Shown here in pieces: positions 48,475 to 58,666 of a stretch of 64,000 nucleotides of DNA. Below the pieces are notes generated by a model that had not been told where the DNA came from, made no database searches, and was given only the letters and a program-made list of their open reading frames with translations. How positions within the stretch are numbered: position 1 is the stretch's first letter; every line of letters starts with the position of its first letter. The position numbers were made by a program, and so were the translations under genes. The DNA comes from Candidatus Woesebacteria bacterium GW2011_GWC1_42_9 (lineage in GTDB: Bacteria; Patescibacteriota; Microgenomatia; UBA8517), in contig LCET01000004.1 in assembly GCA_000995185.1 (NCBI GenBank), forward strand, positions 2,630 through 66,629, read 5' to 3'.

Positions 48475-49460
48475 TAGCTTGAATAGACAATTGTCGTCCC
48501 ATGATAATCAAATTGCATAGGCATATAGACTAAACCCGCCTTCTCTAAAGAAGAAATCAGTATGTGCGACTTTCCAGGACAATAAAAAAGCAAGAAACCT
48601 CCCCTTCCGGCGCCAACCAATGTTCCTCCAATTGCCCCGTTTTTTAATCCCAGATCATACCAGCGATCAATTTGGTCATTAGTTGGCTCGTCCGGTCGAA
48701 CTCTTTTGATTTGCCAATGTTTATCTAATAATTTCCCAAACAGTAAGCCATCTTTTTTCATAAGTGCGTCCTTCATCTCAAAACAAATTTCCTGTGCTGC
48801 AGAAAAATTACCAACCATCTTTTTATCTTTCTTGAGGTTAAGTTCTTTTTGGATAGTTAGAGTTTTCTTGGATGGACGGCGCAAACGCGTATCAAAAAGA
48901 TAAAGATTCTGCTCAACTTCCCGAGCAATGCCTGCATCAAATTGATCAGCGATAATTTTAACTTTACCCCGGCGATTAATCCTAAAAGCAGTCAGCCCTC
49001 CAATGGCAGTGGCATATTCATCCTGCTTTCCGGCGGGAGACTTTAGAATATCGATATTAATATGGCAAGCCTCTTCTGCTAGTTTAGTCCCAGAAACAGG
49101 CTCCTTTTTGAAATTGTGCAGGGCGTTTAAGAGACCTACGCAAAAGGCGCCCGAGGAGCCAAGGCCCGAATGACTCGGTAGATCAATAAAAGAGATAAGT
49201 TCCAAAGGTTGATCTATTTGCAAAAATTTAAGGCAAGCACGGGTTAACTTATCTTTGATTAGATTGATATTCTTTGCCTCTTGAACCTCAAAATACTTAG
49301 TAACAAAATTTCCATGGTATTTCCGATCGTGGACTAAGACATACATATACTTATCGATTGCTGCAGAAATAAAAAAACTTCCGTACTGAGAGTAAAAAGA
49401 GGGCAAATCCGTTCCCCCACCACCAACCTCTATTCGTAGAGGAGTCCTACTAATAATCAT
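48474..49460 (-). CDS. GHMP-family sugar kinase (HddA/heptose-7-P kinase-like)
   Basis: PSHSGLGSSGAFCVGLL GHMP motif. Confidence 0.7.
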   Translation of the reverse strand: MIISRTPLRIEVGGGGTDLPSFYSQYGSFFISAAIDKYMYVLVHDRKYHGNFVTKYFEVQEAKNINLIKDKLTRACLKFLQIDQPLELISFIDLPSHSGLGSSGAFCVGLLNALHNFKKEPVSGTKLAEEACHINIDILKSPAGKQDEYATAIGGLTAFRINRRGKVKIIADQFDAGIAREVEQNLYLFDTRLRRPSKKTLTIQKELNLKKDKKMVGNFSAAQEICFEMKDALMKKDGLLFGKLLDKHWQIKRVRPDEPTNDQIDRWYDLGLKNGAIGGTLVGAGRGGFLLFYCPGKSHILISSLEKAGLVYMPMQFDYHGTTIVYSS

Positions 49461-49525
49461 GTAGTTATGTTATCTCCTTGATTCACCGCTTGCAATAATA
49501 GGCTACTTAGTCAAGAATATGGCAA

Positions 49526-50827
49526 ATGAAAATTGCTGTCGTTGGGTTATGGCATTCAGGTGAAGTTTATTCAGGGTGTTTAGCAGACTTAGGTAACCAC
49601 ATTATCGGAATTGATAAAAACTCCAAGATCGTCAATAATCTAAATCGCGGGATTGCTCCCCTGGCTGAACCCAAACTGGAAGATATTATTAATAGAAACA
49701 TAAAAAAAGGGCGACTAAAATACATAACTGATTTTAGTACTATTTCCTCATGCGATGCAATTTGGATGACAATAGATACCCCGATAGATAAGGCCGCTCA
49801 TGGTAATTTGAGTAAAATATTTACATATATCAAGAAGTCTTTGCCTTTTATTAAAAACGGGGCGATTTTAATCATATCAAGCCAACTTCCTGTTGGAACT
49901 TCTAAAAAAATTATTAAATTTATTAAAGCAAACAGAAAAAATTTTATGTTTGACTATGCATATATACCGGAAAATTTACAATTAGGTAAAGCTGTAGATA
50001 GTTTCATGAAACCTTCAAGAGTTGTTATTGGTACAGATGATATCAAGCGTTTAGAGGTGATAATAAAAATTTTTGAGAAACTTAAAACAAATATACTTCT
50101 CGTAAACATCGCCTCAGCAGAGATGGTAAAACACGCAACGAACGCTTTTCTGGCTACTTCTCTAAGCTTTATCTATGACATTGCCGATGTTTGCGAAAAA
50201 GTTGGCGCCGATGTCACCGAGGTTTCCCAAAGCCTTCGGGCGGATTCGCGAATTGGCGAGAAAGCCTATTTGGATGCTAGCGCCGGGTTTTCAGGAGGGC
50301 ATCTGGATCGTGATTTACAATACTTAAGAAAAATTGCAAAAGATCAAAAACTAAATTTGCCCGTAATTTCCTCAGTACTGAAGAAAAACAAAAAAAGAAG
50401 CGCAATAGTTTTTGAGAGGATTTCCCCACTTTTAAAGACGTTTCAAGGCAAAACTATAACATTTTGGGGTATAACCTACAAGAGCGGCACACCAACATTA
50501 ACTCATTCGTTGCCGTTAAAGTTGGCCAAGGAAGCGGTGAGCCAGGGCTCAAAAATAAATCTTTGTGATCTCTGGGTAAATAAAGATGACATTAAAGGAG
50601 AAATCAATGGAGAATATGGTTATTTTACCGACCCTTATGAATCAGTTAAATCCAGTAATGCTACTATCTGTATTACTCCCTGGCCAGAACTTAAAAACCT
50701 GAACTTCAAAAAAATTGCCAGATCAATGGCCAACCCAAAGATATTTTTTGATGCCCGCAATTATTTTAACGATGAAAAAAATATAATTGAAAGAGCAGGT
50801 ATAAAATATATAGGAGTCGGACGATGA
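49526..50827 (+). CDS. UDP-glucose/GDP-mannose dehydrogenase-family protein with non-canonical active-site region
   Basis: N-terminal Rossmann MKIAVVGL...; position of GGxCxPKD reads GFSGGHLDRD (Cys to His). Confidence 0.55.
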   Translation: MKIAVVGLWHSGEVYSGCLADLGNHIIGIDKNSKIVNNLNRGIAPLAEPKLEDIINRNIKKGRLKYITDFSTISSCDAIWMTIDTPIDKAAHGNLSKIFTYIKKSLPFIKNGAILIISSQLPVGTSKKIIKFIKANRKNFMFDYAYIPENLQLGKAVDSFMKPSRVVIGTDDIKRLEVIIKIFEKLKTNILLVNIASAEMVKHATNAFLATSLSFIYDIADVCEKVGADVTEVSQSLRADSRIGEKAYLDASAGFSGGHLDRDLQYLRKIAKDQKLNLPVISSVLKKNKKRSAIVFERISPLLKTFQGKTITFWGITYKSGTPTLTHSLPLKLAKEAVSQGSKINLCDLWVNKDDIKGEINGEYGYFTDPYESVKSSNATICITPWPELKNLNFKKIARSMANPKIFFDARNYFNDEKNIIERAGIKYIGVGR

Positions 50828-51828
50828 AAAAAATCCATTTCGCTTTAATAGGTGCCGGGAAAATGGGGACAAGATGGGCACTTGTTCTGCCTAAAAGTAT
50901 CAATGCCACTCTCGATGTGATTGTAAGTATGCATCTGGATAGAGCCAAAGGCCTGGCAAGCCAGATTCCTCAATGCAAAGCCACCAACAATATCGGCGAT
51001 GTACTAAATAATAAGGGGATAGATGCAATTGTAATTGCCACTCCACATAGTTCCCTATCCCTAATCACGAGAATGGCATTTAAAGCCGGCAAACACGTAC
51101 TCTGCGAAAAACCGGGGGCAATACATTCTCACGACATTAAAAAAAATATCGCATTGGCGAAGAAAATGGGGCTTACATATATGATTGGTTATAATCATCG
51201 GTTCCATGATGGCTTTATTAAAGCCAGAAGTCTCTACCAGAAAGGAACAATTGGCAAGATTATATTTATCAGAGCCAGGTATGGTTTTTGTGGCAGGCCT
51301 GGCTACGACAAAGAGTGGCGTCTTGATAGATCAATAAATGGTGGCGGACATTTGATAGATCAGGGTGTGCACATGATCGACTTGGCGATGTCCTTCATCG
51401 GTAAAATCCAAAAAGTTCAGGGGTTTACGAGCGACACCTTCTGGAAGAAAGGCACTGAAGATAATGCATTTGTGCTTCTTCAGGGCAAAAACAAAGTTAT
51501 AGCTTCAATTCATACCAGTTTGACCCAGTGGAAAGCACTCCATAATTTTGAAATTTACGGGACTAAAGGCTACCTATCCATAGAAGGGCTTGGGATGAAG
51601 TATGGTGGAGAAGAAAAGTTGATAATTGGTAAGCGTGCGAAGGACTTTACCGGCGAAGTGAAAGAAAAAGTGATTGCTTGTAATAGTGTTGCCGATGATT
51701 CGTTAGCTTTAGAGCTAAAAGAGTTTATTTCTGCGATAAGGCAAGAGAGATCAACAACTCCCTCTCCCAATGATGCTTACGAAACCCTAAAAATTGTAGA
51801 AAAGATATACAGTGACAACAAACTATGA
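50824..51828 (+). CDS. Gfo/Idh/MocA-family NAD(P)-dependent oxidoreductase
   Basis: IHFALIGAGKMG Rossmann + family core. Confidence 0.75.
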   Translation: MKKIHFALIGAGKMGTRWALVLPKSINATLDVIVSMHLDRAKGLASQIPQCKATNNIGDVLNNKGIDAIVIATPHSSLSLITRMAFKAGKHVLCEKPGAIHSHDIKKNIALAKKMGLTYMIGYNHRFHDGFIKARSLYQKGTIGKIIFIRARYGFCGRPGYDKEWRLDRSINGGGHLIDQGVHMIDLAMSFIGKIQKVQGFTSDTFWKKGTEDNAFVLLQGKNKVIASIHTSLTQWKALHNFEIYGTKGYLSIEGLGMKYGGEEKLIIGKRAKDFTGEVKEKVIACNSVADDSLALELKEFISAIRQERSTTPSPNDAYETLKIVEKIYSDNKL

Positions 51829-52940
51829 AGCGAAAGGAAATAGTCTTAGTCACGGGAGGGGCAGGATTTGTCGGAAGCCATTTAGTAGACGCTCTAATAA
51901 GAGAGGGATACAAAACACGTATCTTAGACAACTTGTCTCCCCCCACGCATGATCGTCATATGCCCGACTGGGTTAACAAGAAAGCTGAGTTTGTAAAAGG
52001 GGACGTAAGAAAGAAAAAGGATTGGGTCAATGCGTTAAGCGGAGTTTCCATTGTGTTCCATTTGGCGGCCTATATGGATTATCACTTTGATTTTAGTCGA
52101 TACGCGGACACTAACGTACGGAGTACCACTCTTTTGTATGAGGCTGCAGTTCAAGCTAAACTCCCCCTAAAAAAGATCGTATTTGCCTCTTCTCAATCAG
52201 TTTATGGAGAAGGAAAGTACTTCTGTAAGAAACATGGAATATTTTATGCAGGACCCAGACCTGAAAGCCAATTAAAAAGACACGAGTGGGATGTTAGATG
52301 CCCGAAAGATCACGCTATTGCAAAACTTCTCCCCGAACTTGAAGCCGACGAATTACACCCACAAATACCCTACGGAATAACTAAAGCCGCATCCGAAAAA
52401 TTATGCCTGACTCTGGGAAAAACATATAACATTCCTACGGTGGTCGTTAGACCTTCAATTATACAAGGGTCAAGACAGTCTATTAGGAGTTTCTCAGGAG
52501 CGTTAAAAGACTTTTGTATTAAAGCTCTGGCGGGTACTCCCATAATGATGTACGAGGATGGAGCCGGTGTTCGTGACTTTGTTAATGTCCACGATGTTAT
52601 TGATGCCTACCTTTTAGTTCTAAAAAACAAAAGAGCCGATTATGAAATTTTCAACGTAGGAAGCGGTAAAAATACATCCCTGATGAAGTTAGCTAAAATG
52701 GTTTTTGCTATCGCCAAGTCACAATCCACTCCTACCGCGACGGGTGAATTTCGAATCAACTCTCCCCGAAGTTCAAAGATGAATATCAGCAAACTAAAAA
52801 AACTTGGCTGGAGGCCCCGGCGCACTTTAAACGATAGCATCAAAGAATATGTGGCCTGGGTAAAAGGTTATCCTGAAGCAACTAAGGCTTGGAAAAAAAC
52901 GTACGAGAAGATGATAAGAAGCGACATATTAAGGAAATGA
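51825..52940 (+). CDS. NAD-dependent nucleotide-sugar epimerase/dehydratase (extended SDR)
   Basis: VLVTGGAGFVGSHLVDAL; YGITKAASEKL (YxxxK). Confidence 0.8.
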   Translation: MKRKEIVLVTGGAGFVGSHLVDALIREGYKTRILDNLSPPTHDRHMPDWVNKKAEFVKGDVRKKKDWVNALSGVSIVFHLAAYMDYHFDFSRYADTNVRSTTLLYEAAVQAKLPLKKIVFASSQSVYGEGKYFCKKHGIFYAGPRPESQLKRHEWDVRCPKDHAIAKLLPELEADELHPQIPYGITKAASEKLCLTLGKTYNIPTVVVRPSIIQGSRQSIRSFSGALKDFCIKALAGTPIMMYEDGAGVRDFVNVHDVIDAYLLVLKNKRADYEIFNVGSGKNTSLMKLAKMVFAIAKSQSTPTATGEFRINSPRSSKMNISKLKKLGWRPRRTLNDSIKEYVAWVKGYPEATKAWKKTYEKMIRSDILRK

Positions 52941-53620
52941 AAGCAATAATACTTGCAGCGGGAGAAGGCAGAAGGATGAGGCCGCTCACAAATAAAAGAC
53001 CAAAACCTCTTCTAAAAATAAATGGGAAACCGATCATTGACTATATTCTGGAATCTTTCCCGACTGAAATTAATGAAGTGATAATTTCGGTTAAATACTT
53101 AGCTGGCCAGATAAAAAAACACGTCAACAAAAAATCAGGATTTAAGGTGAAGTATGTTTTAGGATCTGACAAAGGGTCCGCATATAGTTTTATTGCCGCC
53201 AGGAAGCATCTTTACGATGAGCGATTCTTAGTTGTACAAGGGGATGACATTCCTCACCCTGATGATATCGCCAACTGTCTTAAAAAGGATTTGAGTTATC
53301 TTACTTTTGAATCACATAATCCCCAAGCTCACGGGATAGGTTACTTGCGAAAGGACGGTTCTATTAAAAAAATTATTGAAAAGCCTAAAAAAACTACATC
53401 TACTCTTGGAGTTAATGGGGTAATGGTCTTAAATACAAACATCTTCAACTACTCACCTACTTTGATTCGAGGTGAATATTATTTCAGTACCATGATTGGC
53501 GCATTCGTTCGGGACCATAAAGTATTTCCTGTGAAGGCCAGAGATTTTATCGGAGACATTACCACGCCAGGAGATTTAATTAGAGTTGAAAATATCCTTA
53601 AAAAAAGTCATCATCGGTGA
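52937..53620 (+). CDS. Sugar-phosphate nucleotidyltransferase
   Basis: MKAIILAAGEGRRMRPLTNKRPKPLL; ATGA overlap with upstream gene. Confidence 0.8.
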   Translation: MKAIILAAGEGRRMRPLTNKRPKPLLKINGKPIIDYILESFPTEINEVIISVKYLAGQIKKHVNKKSGFKVKYVLGSDKGSAYSFIAARKHLYDERFLVVQGDDIPHPDDIANCLKKDLSYLTFESHNPQAHGIGYLRKDGSIKKIIEKPKKTTSTLGVNGVMVLNTNIFNYSPTLIRGEYYFSTMIGAFVRDHKVFPVKARDFIGDITTPGDLIRVENILKKSHHR

Positions 53621-53621
53621 T

Positions 53622-54518
53622 ATGGCCATAGATTTATCAGTGGTAATTCCCAATAGAAACTCACAATTTGCAACAAAAACAATCCAAGATTTACTTGAGA
53701 AGGCCGCTACAAATATCGAAGTGGTCGTAAATGTCGACGAGAACTGGCCTGACCCCCTGTTAGACGATAAAAGGGTTACATATATTCATCCTGGAGAGCC
53801 CCGCGGGATGAGATGGGGAATAAATTCATGTGTGGCATTAGCCCATGGCAAATACATAATGAAAACAGACGACCACTGCATGTTTGCCCCTGGTTTTGAC
53901 AAAATCCTCATCAAAAACCATCTCAAGGACAACTGGGTGCAAATCCCACGTCGATATTCTCTCGATGCCGAAAATTGGAAAATAAACGATAGTAGGCCTT
54001 ATCGCGATTATTTATATCTTTGCTTCCCAGAAAAAGGCAAAAAACACGATGACGGTATGCACGGCGTTGAATGGTGGGACAGACAAAGAAAGAGGTCCAA
54101 TCCAAAATACGATATCGATGACACTCCGAGCATGCAGGGCTCCTGCTGGTTTATGACTAAAAACCACTTCAATAATTTTTTACACGGCTTAAGCGAAGAG
54201 GGTTATGGACAATTTTCTCAGGAATCCCAAGAAATTGGCAACAAGACGTGGCTTGGCGGGGGTGCGCTAAAAGTAAATAAAAAAACTTGGTATGCCCATC
54301 TGCACAAAGGAAAGCACTACGGGAGGATGTACCATATTAGCCACGAAGAGAATCAGCGGATGATAGATGGAACAAATTGGTCAGCCAAATATTGGATGAA
54401 TAATCGCTGGAAGGACCGCATTCACGATATTGACTGGCTGGTTGATAAGAAGTTTCCCGGGATGCCAACATGGCCAAAAAACTGGAAGAAAATTTGGGCA
54501 TCTTATGGACAGTCTTAG
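53622..54518 (+). CDS. GT-A-like glycosyltransferase, paralog A
   Basis: LSVVIPNRN...; TDDHCMF; C-terminal KTWYAHLHKG...WP.NW. Confidence 0.55.
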   Translation: MAIDLSVVIPNRNSQFATKTIQDLLEKAATNIEVVVNVDENWPDPLLDDKRVTYIHPGEPRGMRWGINSCVALAHGKYIMKTDDHCMFAPGFDKILIKNHLKDNWVQIPRRYSLDAENWKINDSRPYRDYLYLCFPEKGKKHDDGMHGVEWWDRQRKRSNPKYDIDDTPSMQGSCWFMTKNHFNNFLHGLSEEGYGQFSQESQEIGNKTWLGGGALKVNKKTWYAHLHKGKHYGRMYHISHEENQRMIDGTNWSAKYWMNNRWKDRIHDIDWLVDKKFPGMPTWPKNWKKIWASYGQS

Positions 54519-54522
54519 ATAG

Positions 54523-55434
54523 ATGGCAAAAGTATCAATCATTGTCCCAAGTTGTAATGAAGCCTTTGAAGTTTCACCTGGCGTTACTGTACTCCAAAGA
54601 ACAGTGCAGGAAATTTACGAGAAGGCCACAGGCGACTTTGAGGTTATTGTTGGCTTTAATGGCCCGCCATATCAAAAGTTCCCAGAATATCCAAATTTCA
54701 AGACTGTAAATTTACCTGAGAACGTTGGCATAAAAATGATGGTCAATATCTTGGCGATTATGACAAAAGGAAAATATATTTACAAAACTGACGCACACTG
54801 CATGTTTGGAAAAGGCTTTGATGAAATTTTGCAAGCGGACATGGAAGACAACTGGGTCGTAACTCCCCGATTCTATGTATTAAACGCCAAAGAATGGAAG
54901 TGGCAGGATAATAGACATTACGACTATTTCTATTTATGTTGTCCTTTTACTGATCCCAGAGGGTTTCGATTCAAAGCCGGCGGACATTGGCCGCAAAGGA
55001 CCGCAGAGCGGGAGGGAAACCATAAATACGACATTGATGAAACCCCGCAATTTCATGGGTCGGGCTGGTTTGTGGAAAAAGATTTCTTTCTCAACAAAAT
55101 TGGCGGCTTCCCTTGTCTGGACCCCATGGGACATGCTCAGGAACCGCCGAATATTGGACTTAAGACCTGGCTCGGGCCTTGGGAAGGAAAAGTCATGGTC
55201 AATAAAAAAACTTGGTATGCGCATATGCACCAGGATGGATCAGCCAAAGGTTATCGATACACAAGACAGCAAGAGCGCACCTCATATGATGTATGGGCAA
55301 GGTATTGGATGGGTGACAAGTGGGAAGAAAGGATACATAATATCGATTGGTTCATAGAAAAGTTTATGCCCATGCCCACCTGGCCAGAAAACTGGCGTGA
55401 ACTACTAGAAAATTACCGAAAGAGCAATAAATAG
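54523..55434 (+). CDS. GT-A-like glycosyltransferase, paralog B
   Basis: Collinear with paralog A (TDAHCMF, KTWYAHMHQ, TWPENW). Confidence 0.55.
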   Translation: MAKVSIIVPSCNEAFEVSPGVTVLQRTVQEIYEKATGDFEVIVGFNGPPYQKFPEYPNFKTVNLPENVGIKMMVNILAIMTKGKYIYKTDAHCMFGKGFDEILQADMEDNWVVTPRFYVLNAKEWKWQDNRHYDYFYLCCPFTDPRGFRFKAGGHWPQRTAEREGNHKYDIDETPQFHGSGWFVEKDFFLNKIGGFPCLDPMGHAQEPPNIGLKTWLGPWEGKVMVNKKTWYAHMHQDGSAKGYRYTRQQERTSYDVWARYWMGDKWEERIHNIDWFIEKFMPMPTWPENWRELLENYRKSNK

Positions 55435-55944
55435 ATGGCAACAAAGATGTATGTATCCGGCAAATACGGAACCCACCTCGCACCCCTCATTAAGGCAGTG
55501 TCCAAAACTACCGGCGATATCCTAGAGCTTGGAATGGGAGTATTCAGTACCCCATACTTACACTATCAATGTGTCCTTTCCAATAGAAAATTAGTTTCCT
55601 TCGAGAACTATCCAGATTGGGCACAATTTTTCATCAACTATGGATATAAGCACCCAAATCACGAGATTATTGTTGTCGATCATTATGATAAGGCGGACAT
55701 TGAAAAAGAATGGGACGTAGTTTTAGTGGATCATTCTCCATCCGAAAGAAGGATCGTCGATATCAAGCGCCTGGCCAATTTAGCCAAATACATTATCATT
55801 CATGACTCAAATGGAAGATATGAGAAAATTTACCACTATTCAGAAATATATCCTCTATTTAAGTACCGGACCATCTGGGACAAAGATAGTAATCACGCAA
55901 CTGTGCTCAGTAACTTCATCAATCTCGACAATTTCTGGGAATGA
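55435..55944 (+). CDS. Short TylF/Methyltransf_24-like protein (possibly degenerate)
   Basis: ILELGMGVFST motif-I-like. Confidence 0.4.
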   Translation: MATKMYVSGKYGTHLAPLIKAVSKTTGDILELGMGVFSTPYLHYQCVLSNRKLVSFENYPDWAQFFINYGYKHPNHEIIVVDHYDKADIEKEWDVVLVDHSPSERRIVDIKRLANLAKYIIIHDSNGRYEKIYHYSEIYPLFKYRTIWDKDSNHATVLSNFINLDNFWE

Positions 55945-56615
55945 ACAGCACCATAGAATTAATTGGCAAAAAATTTGGCGTCGATGTTTCAACTAAGTCC
56001 CAAGTAATATTGGGGAAAATCAACCGAACAATTCTGACTCAAACTTTCGCTGAATTGGGATTTAATAAGGGAGCCGAAATCGGAGTAGCCGAGGGTCTCT
56101 ATTCTAAAGTTCTCCTCGATAATATTCCGGGTCTCAAATTATACGGCGTTGACATTTGGAGTAATTATCCTGGCTACGCGGAGTTAAAAGACCCCAAACA
56201 GCTTTACATTGAGGCATTAAAAAGATTAAAACCTTACAACTGCAAACTCATCAGAAAATTTAGCATGGATGCTGTCCTTGAGTTCGCCGACAATTCCTTG
56301 GACTTTGTTTTCATAGACGGCGGGCATGATTTTAAAAATGTTGCCTGCGATATTTGCGAGTGGTCAAAAAAAGTACGTGCCGGGGGCATTGTCTTTGGAC
56401 ACGATTATAAATATCACCAGGCCTATGTGCAAAAAACGCCAGGCCATTACACCAAATATAGACATGCCATTGAAGTAAAAATTGTTGCAGATGCATTCCG
56501 CGATGCAAAAAAAATCCGCCCGTGGTTTGAACTATATCCAGAAATTCCTGACCCTACTTTCGGACGGGATAATCCCTGCTGGATGTTTGTAAGACAAGAA
56601 GGAGACAAGTTATGA
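55941..56615 (+). CDS. TylF/MycF-like class I SAM-dependent O-methyltransferase, paralog 1
   Basis: GAEIGVAEGLYS; FVFIDGGHDF; GGIVFGHDY. Confidence 0.65.
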   Translation: MNSTIELIGKKFGVDVSTKSQVILGKINRTILTQTFAELGFNKGAEIGVAEGLYSKVLLDNIPGLKLYGVDIWSNYPGYAELKDPKQLYIEALKRLKPYNCKLIRKFSMDAVLEFADNSLDFVFIDGGHDFKNVACDICEWSKKVRAGGIVFGHDYKYHQAYVQKTPGHYTKYRHAIEVKIVADAFRDAKKIRPWFELYPEIPDPTFGRDNPCWMFVRQEGDKL

Positions 56616-57424
56616 ACAAAAAGAAGGTAAAAGAGTACTGGGACCAGCGGCCCTGCAACATTCGGCATTCACCTAAACCAGTAGGGACTGTTGAATATTT
56701 CAACGAAGTGGAGGATCGCCGATATTTCGTCGAACCGCATATTCTCCAATTCGCCAAATTTCCTCACTGGAAGGGAAAGCGGGTCTTGGAAATTGGCTGT
56801 GGAATAGGGACAGATATGATACGTTTCGCTCGTACCGGTGCAAAGGTTACCGCCGTCGAGTTCTCCCAAAAGTCTTTAAAAATCGCCAAACAGCGCGCCA
56901 AAGTTTTTAAATTGCAAAATAAAATAAAGTTTTATCAAGGTGACGCCGAGCATCTCACTGATTTTGTCCCTATTGCCCCTTATGATCTCGTTTACTCCTT
57001 TGGCGTCATCCACCATACACCACACCCAGAAAAAGTGATCGAACAAATACGCAATTATGTGCGGCCCGGCACCGTCATCAAACTGATGGTCTATTACCGA
57101 TATTCCTGGAGGGTGTTCTGGATTCTTTTGACCTTTGGCCGGGGACAATTTTGGCGGCTTAACGAACTGGTTGCACGCCATTCCGAAGCGCAGACTGGCT
57201 GCCCCATCACTCACCTTTATTCCCGGCGACAAATACGCAGATTACTTCATGGCTATAAAATTATAGAGATGCATGTTGACCATATTTTTCCGTACCGTAT
57301 CGCCGACTACACTAATTACCATTACCGCAAAGTGTGGTATTTTAGATGGATGCCTGGGCCCATATTTGCGTGGTTGAAACAAAATTTCGGCTGGCATTTA
57401 TTAGTCACTGCCGAGGTATACTAG
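56612..57424 (+). CDS. Class I SAM-dependent methyltransferase (Methyltransf_11/25-like)
   Basis: VLEIGCGIGTD motif I. Confidence 0.7.
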   Translation: MNKKKVKEYWDQRPCNIRHSPKPVGTVEYFNEVEDRRYFVEPHILQFAKFPHWKGKRVLEIGCGIGTDMIRFARTGAKVTAVEFSQKSLKIAKQRAKVFKLQNKIKFYQGDAEHLTDFVPIAPYDLVYSFGVIHHTPHPEKVIEQIRNYVRPGTVIKLMVYYRYSWRVFWILLTFGRGQFWRLNELVARHSEAQTGCPITHLYSRRQIRRLLHGYKIIEMHVDHIFPYRIADYTNYHYRKVWYFRWMPGPIFAWLKQNFGWHLLVTAEVY

Positions 57425-57434
57425 CTAAAGAAAA

Positions 57435-57863
57435 ATGGTGGCTCAAGGATATACAATCATTAATAATATCGACTTTGAACCTGGTGAAGTGGTTATTGAA
57501 ATTGGATCAGAAAGAGGAGAAGGTTCTACTGGATATTTGGACAACTTCGACTGGACATACGAAGGTACTGAGAATATACCACGAGTAAGGCGTTGTGTAG
57601 CGAAGTACAAAGAACTGGGGGTTGATTTGAATAACACAGATAGCCAGAAAGCCCATTTGCAACAATCTGTCCTCGTGTCTGATTATGTTGCTAAAAATGG
57701 CGTTATTCTCTTTGATGATACCTGGCAACCAAGTGAGGGTGTATTTAGCGGGAAGGGTGGCACAGCAGTACCTTGGTTACTAAGCCACGGTTTTGAGATT
57801 TACAAAACGTACAATACACCGAATTTAGAGTGGAACTTCGTATCGGTTATAAAAACATCATGA
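57435..57863 (+). CDS. Short TylF-like domain protein
   Basis: VVIEIGSERGEGST...ILFDD. Confidence 0.4.
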   Translation: MVAQGYTIINNIDFEPGEVVIEIGSERGEGSTGYLDNFDWTYEGTENIPRVRRCVAKYKELGVDLNNTDSQKAHLQQSVLVSDYVAKNGVILFDDTWQPSEGVFSGKGGTAVPWLLSHGFEIYKTYNTPNLEWNFVSVIKTS

Positions 57864-58666
57864 TATACGCCGTCTACCGCTGTTTGTATGGTGAAGATTT
57901 TATCCAAGAATCGATAAGATCAATTAGGGATTATGTCGATAAGATTTTTATATTCTGGGATGACAAGCCTTGGGGAGACATAGAATCATGTATTTATAAA
58001 GGGGAAGAAGTTAAGTTTCCGAAGAAATTCGACAACATTCTTGACAAAATTCAAGAGTTAAACGACCCTAAAGTCGTCTTGATACACGATCATGTTGAGA
58101 ACAACCTTGGACAATTTACCCATCTCATTAATGACATTATTCTTAAGAATTGGCAAAAACCTGACCTGTTTATAGTGATCGAAGTAGACCATGTTTTAAA
58201 ACAATCAGAGATGAAGAGAGCTTTGGGACATATGTCTTCTGGACAAATCAGGCACGCGACCACCAAACCATTAGAATTATGGAAAACATATGAATACAGA
58301 ATACCCGAGAGAAACAGATTAGCAACTGTATTCTGGAATATGGACGGACTAGAACGCTTACCAGATACCGGCAGACAGGCCAACGCTGGACAAACAGCGG
58401 TCTTGCCGGTTTATACTCATAACTTTGGCTTTTGCTTTAATCCTCAGACTATGTATTGGAAACACTTAACAGCGCTGGGTTACGCTAAAAAAATAGGTGA
58501 CCGACTCCCAAATGAGGATTGGTATGATAAATGGTTAAATTGGTCAATCAATGACGATAATAAAGATTTAGAAATATCTAAAGGACGTGAACATACAATT
58601 CCCTATGCCTATCGATATGATGTTAATGAATTGCCTGAGGCTATCAAGGATAAATATAAACTATGA
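57860..58666 (+). CDS. Hypothetical glycosyltransferase-like protein (ATGA-coupled to upstream gene)
   Basis: ATG 57860 overlaps stop of 57435-57863; no clear family. Confidence 0.4.
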   Translation: MIYAVYRCLYGEDFIQESIRSIRDYVDKIFIFWDDKPWGDIESCIYKGEEVKFPKKFDNILDKIQELNDPKVVLIHDHVENNLGQFTHLINDIILKNWQKPDLFIVIEVDHVLKQSEMKRALGHMSSGQIRHATTKPLELWKTYEYRIPERNRLATVFWNMDGLERLPDTGRQANAGQTAVLPVYTHNFGFCFNPQTMYWKHLTALGYAKKIGDRLPNEDWYDKWLNWSINDDNKDLEISKGREHTIPYAYRYDVNELPEAIKDKYKL

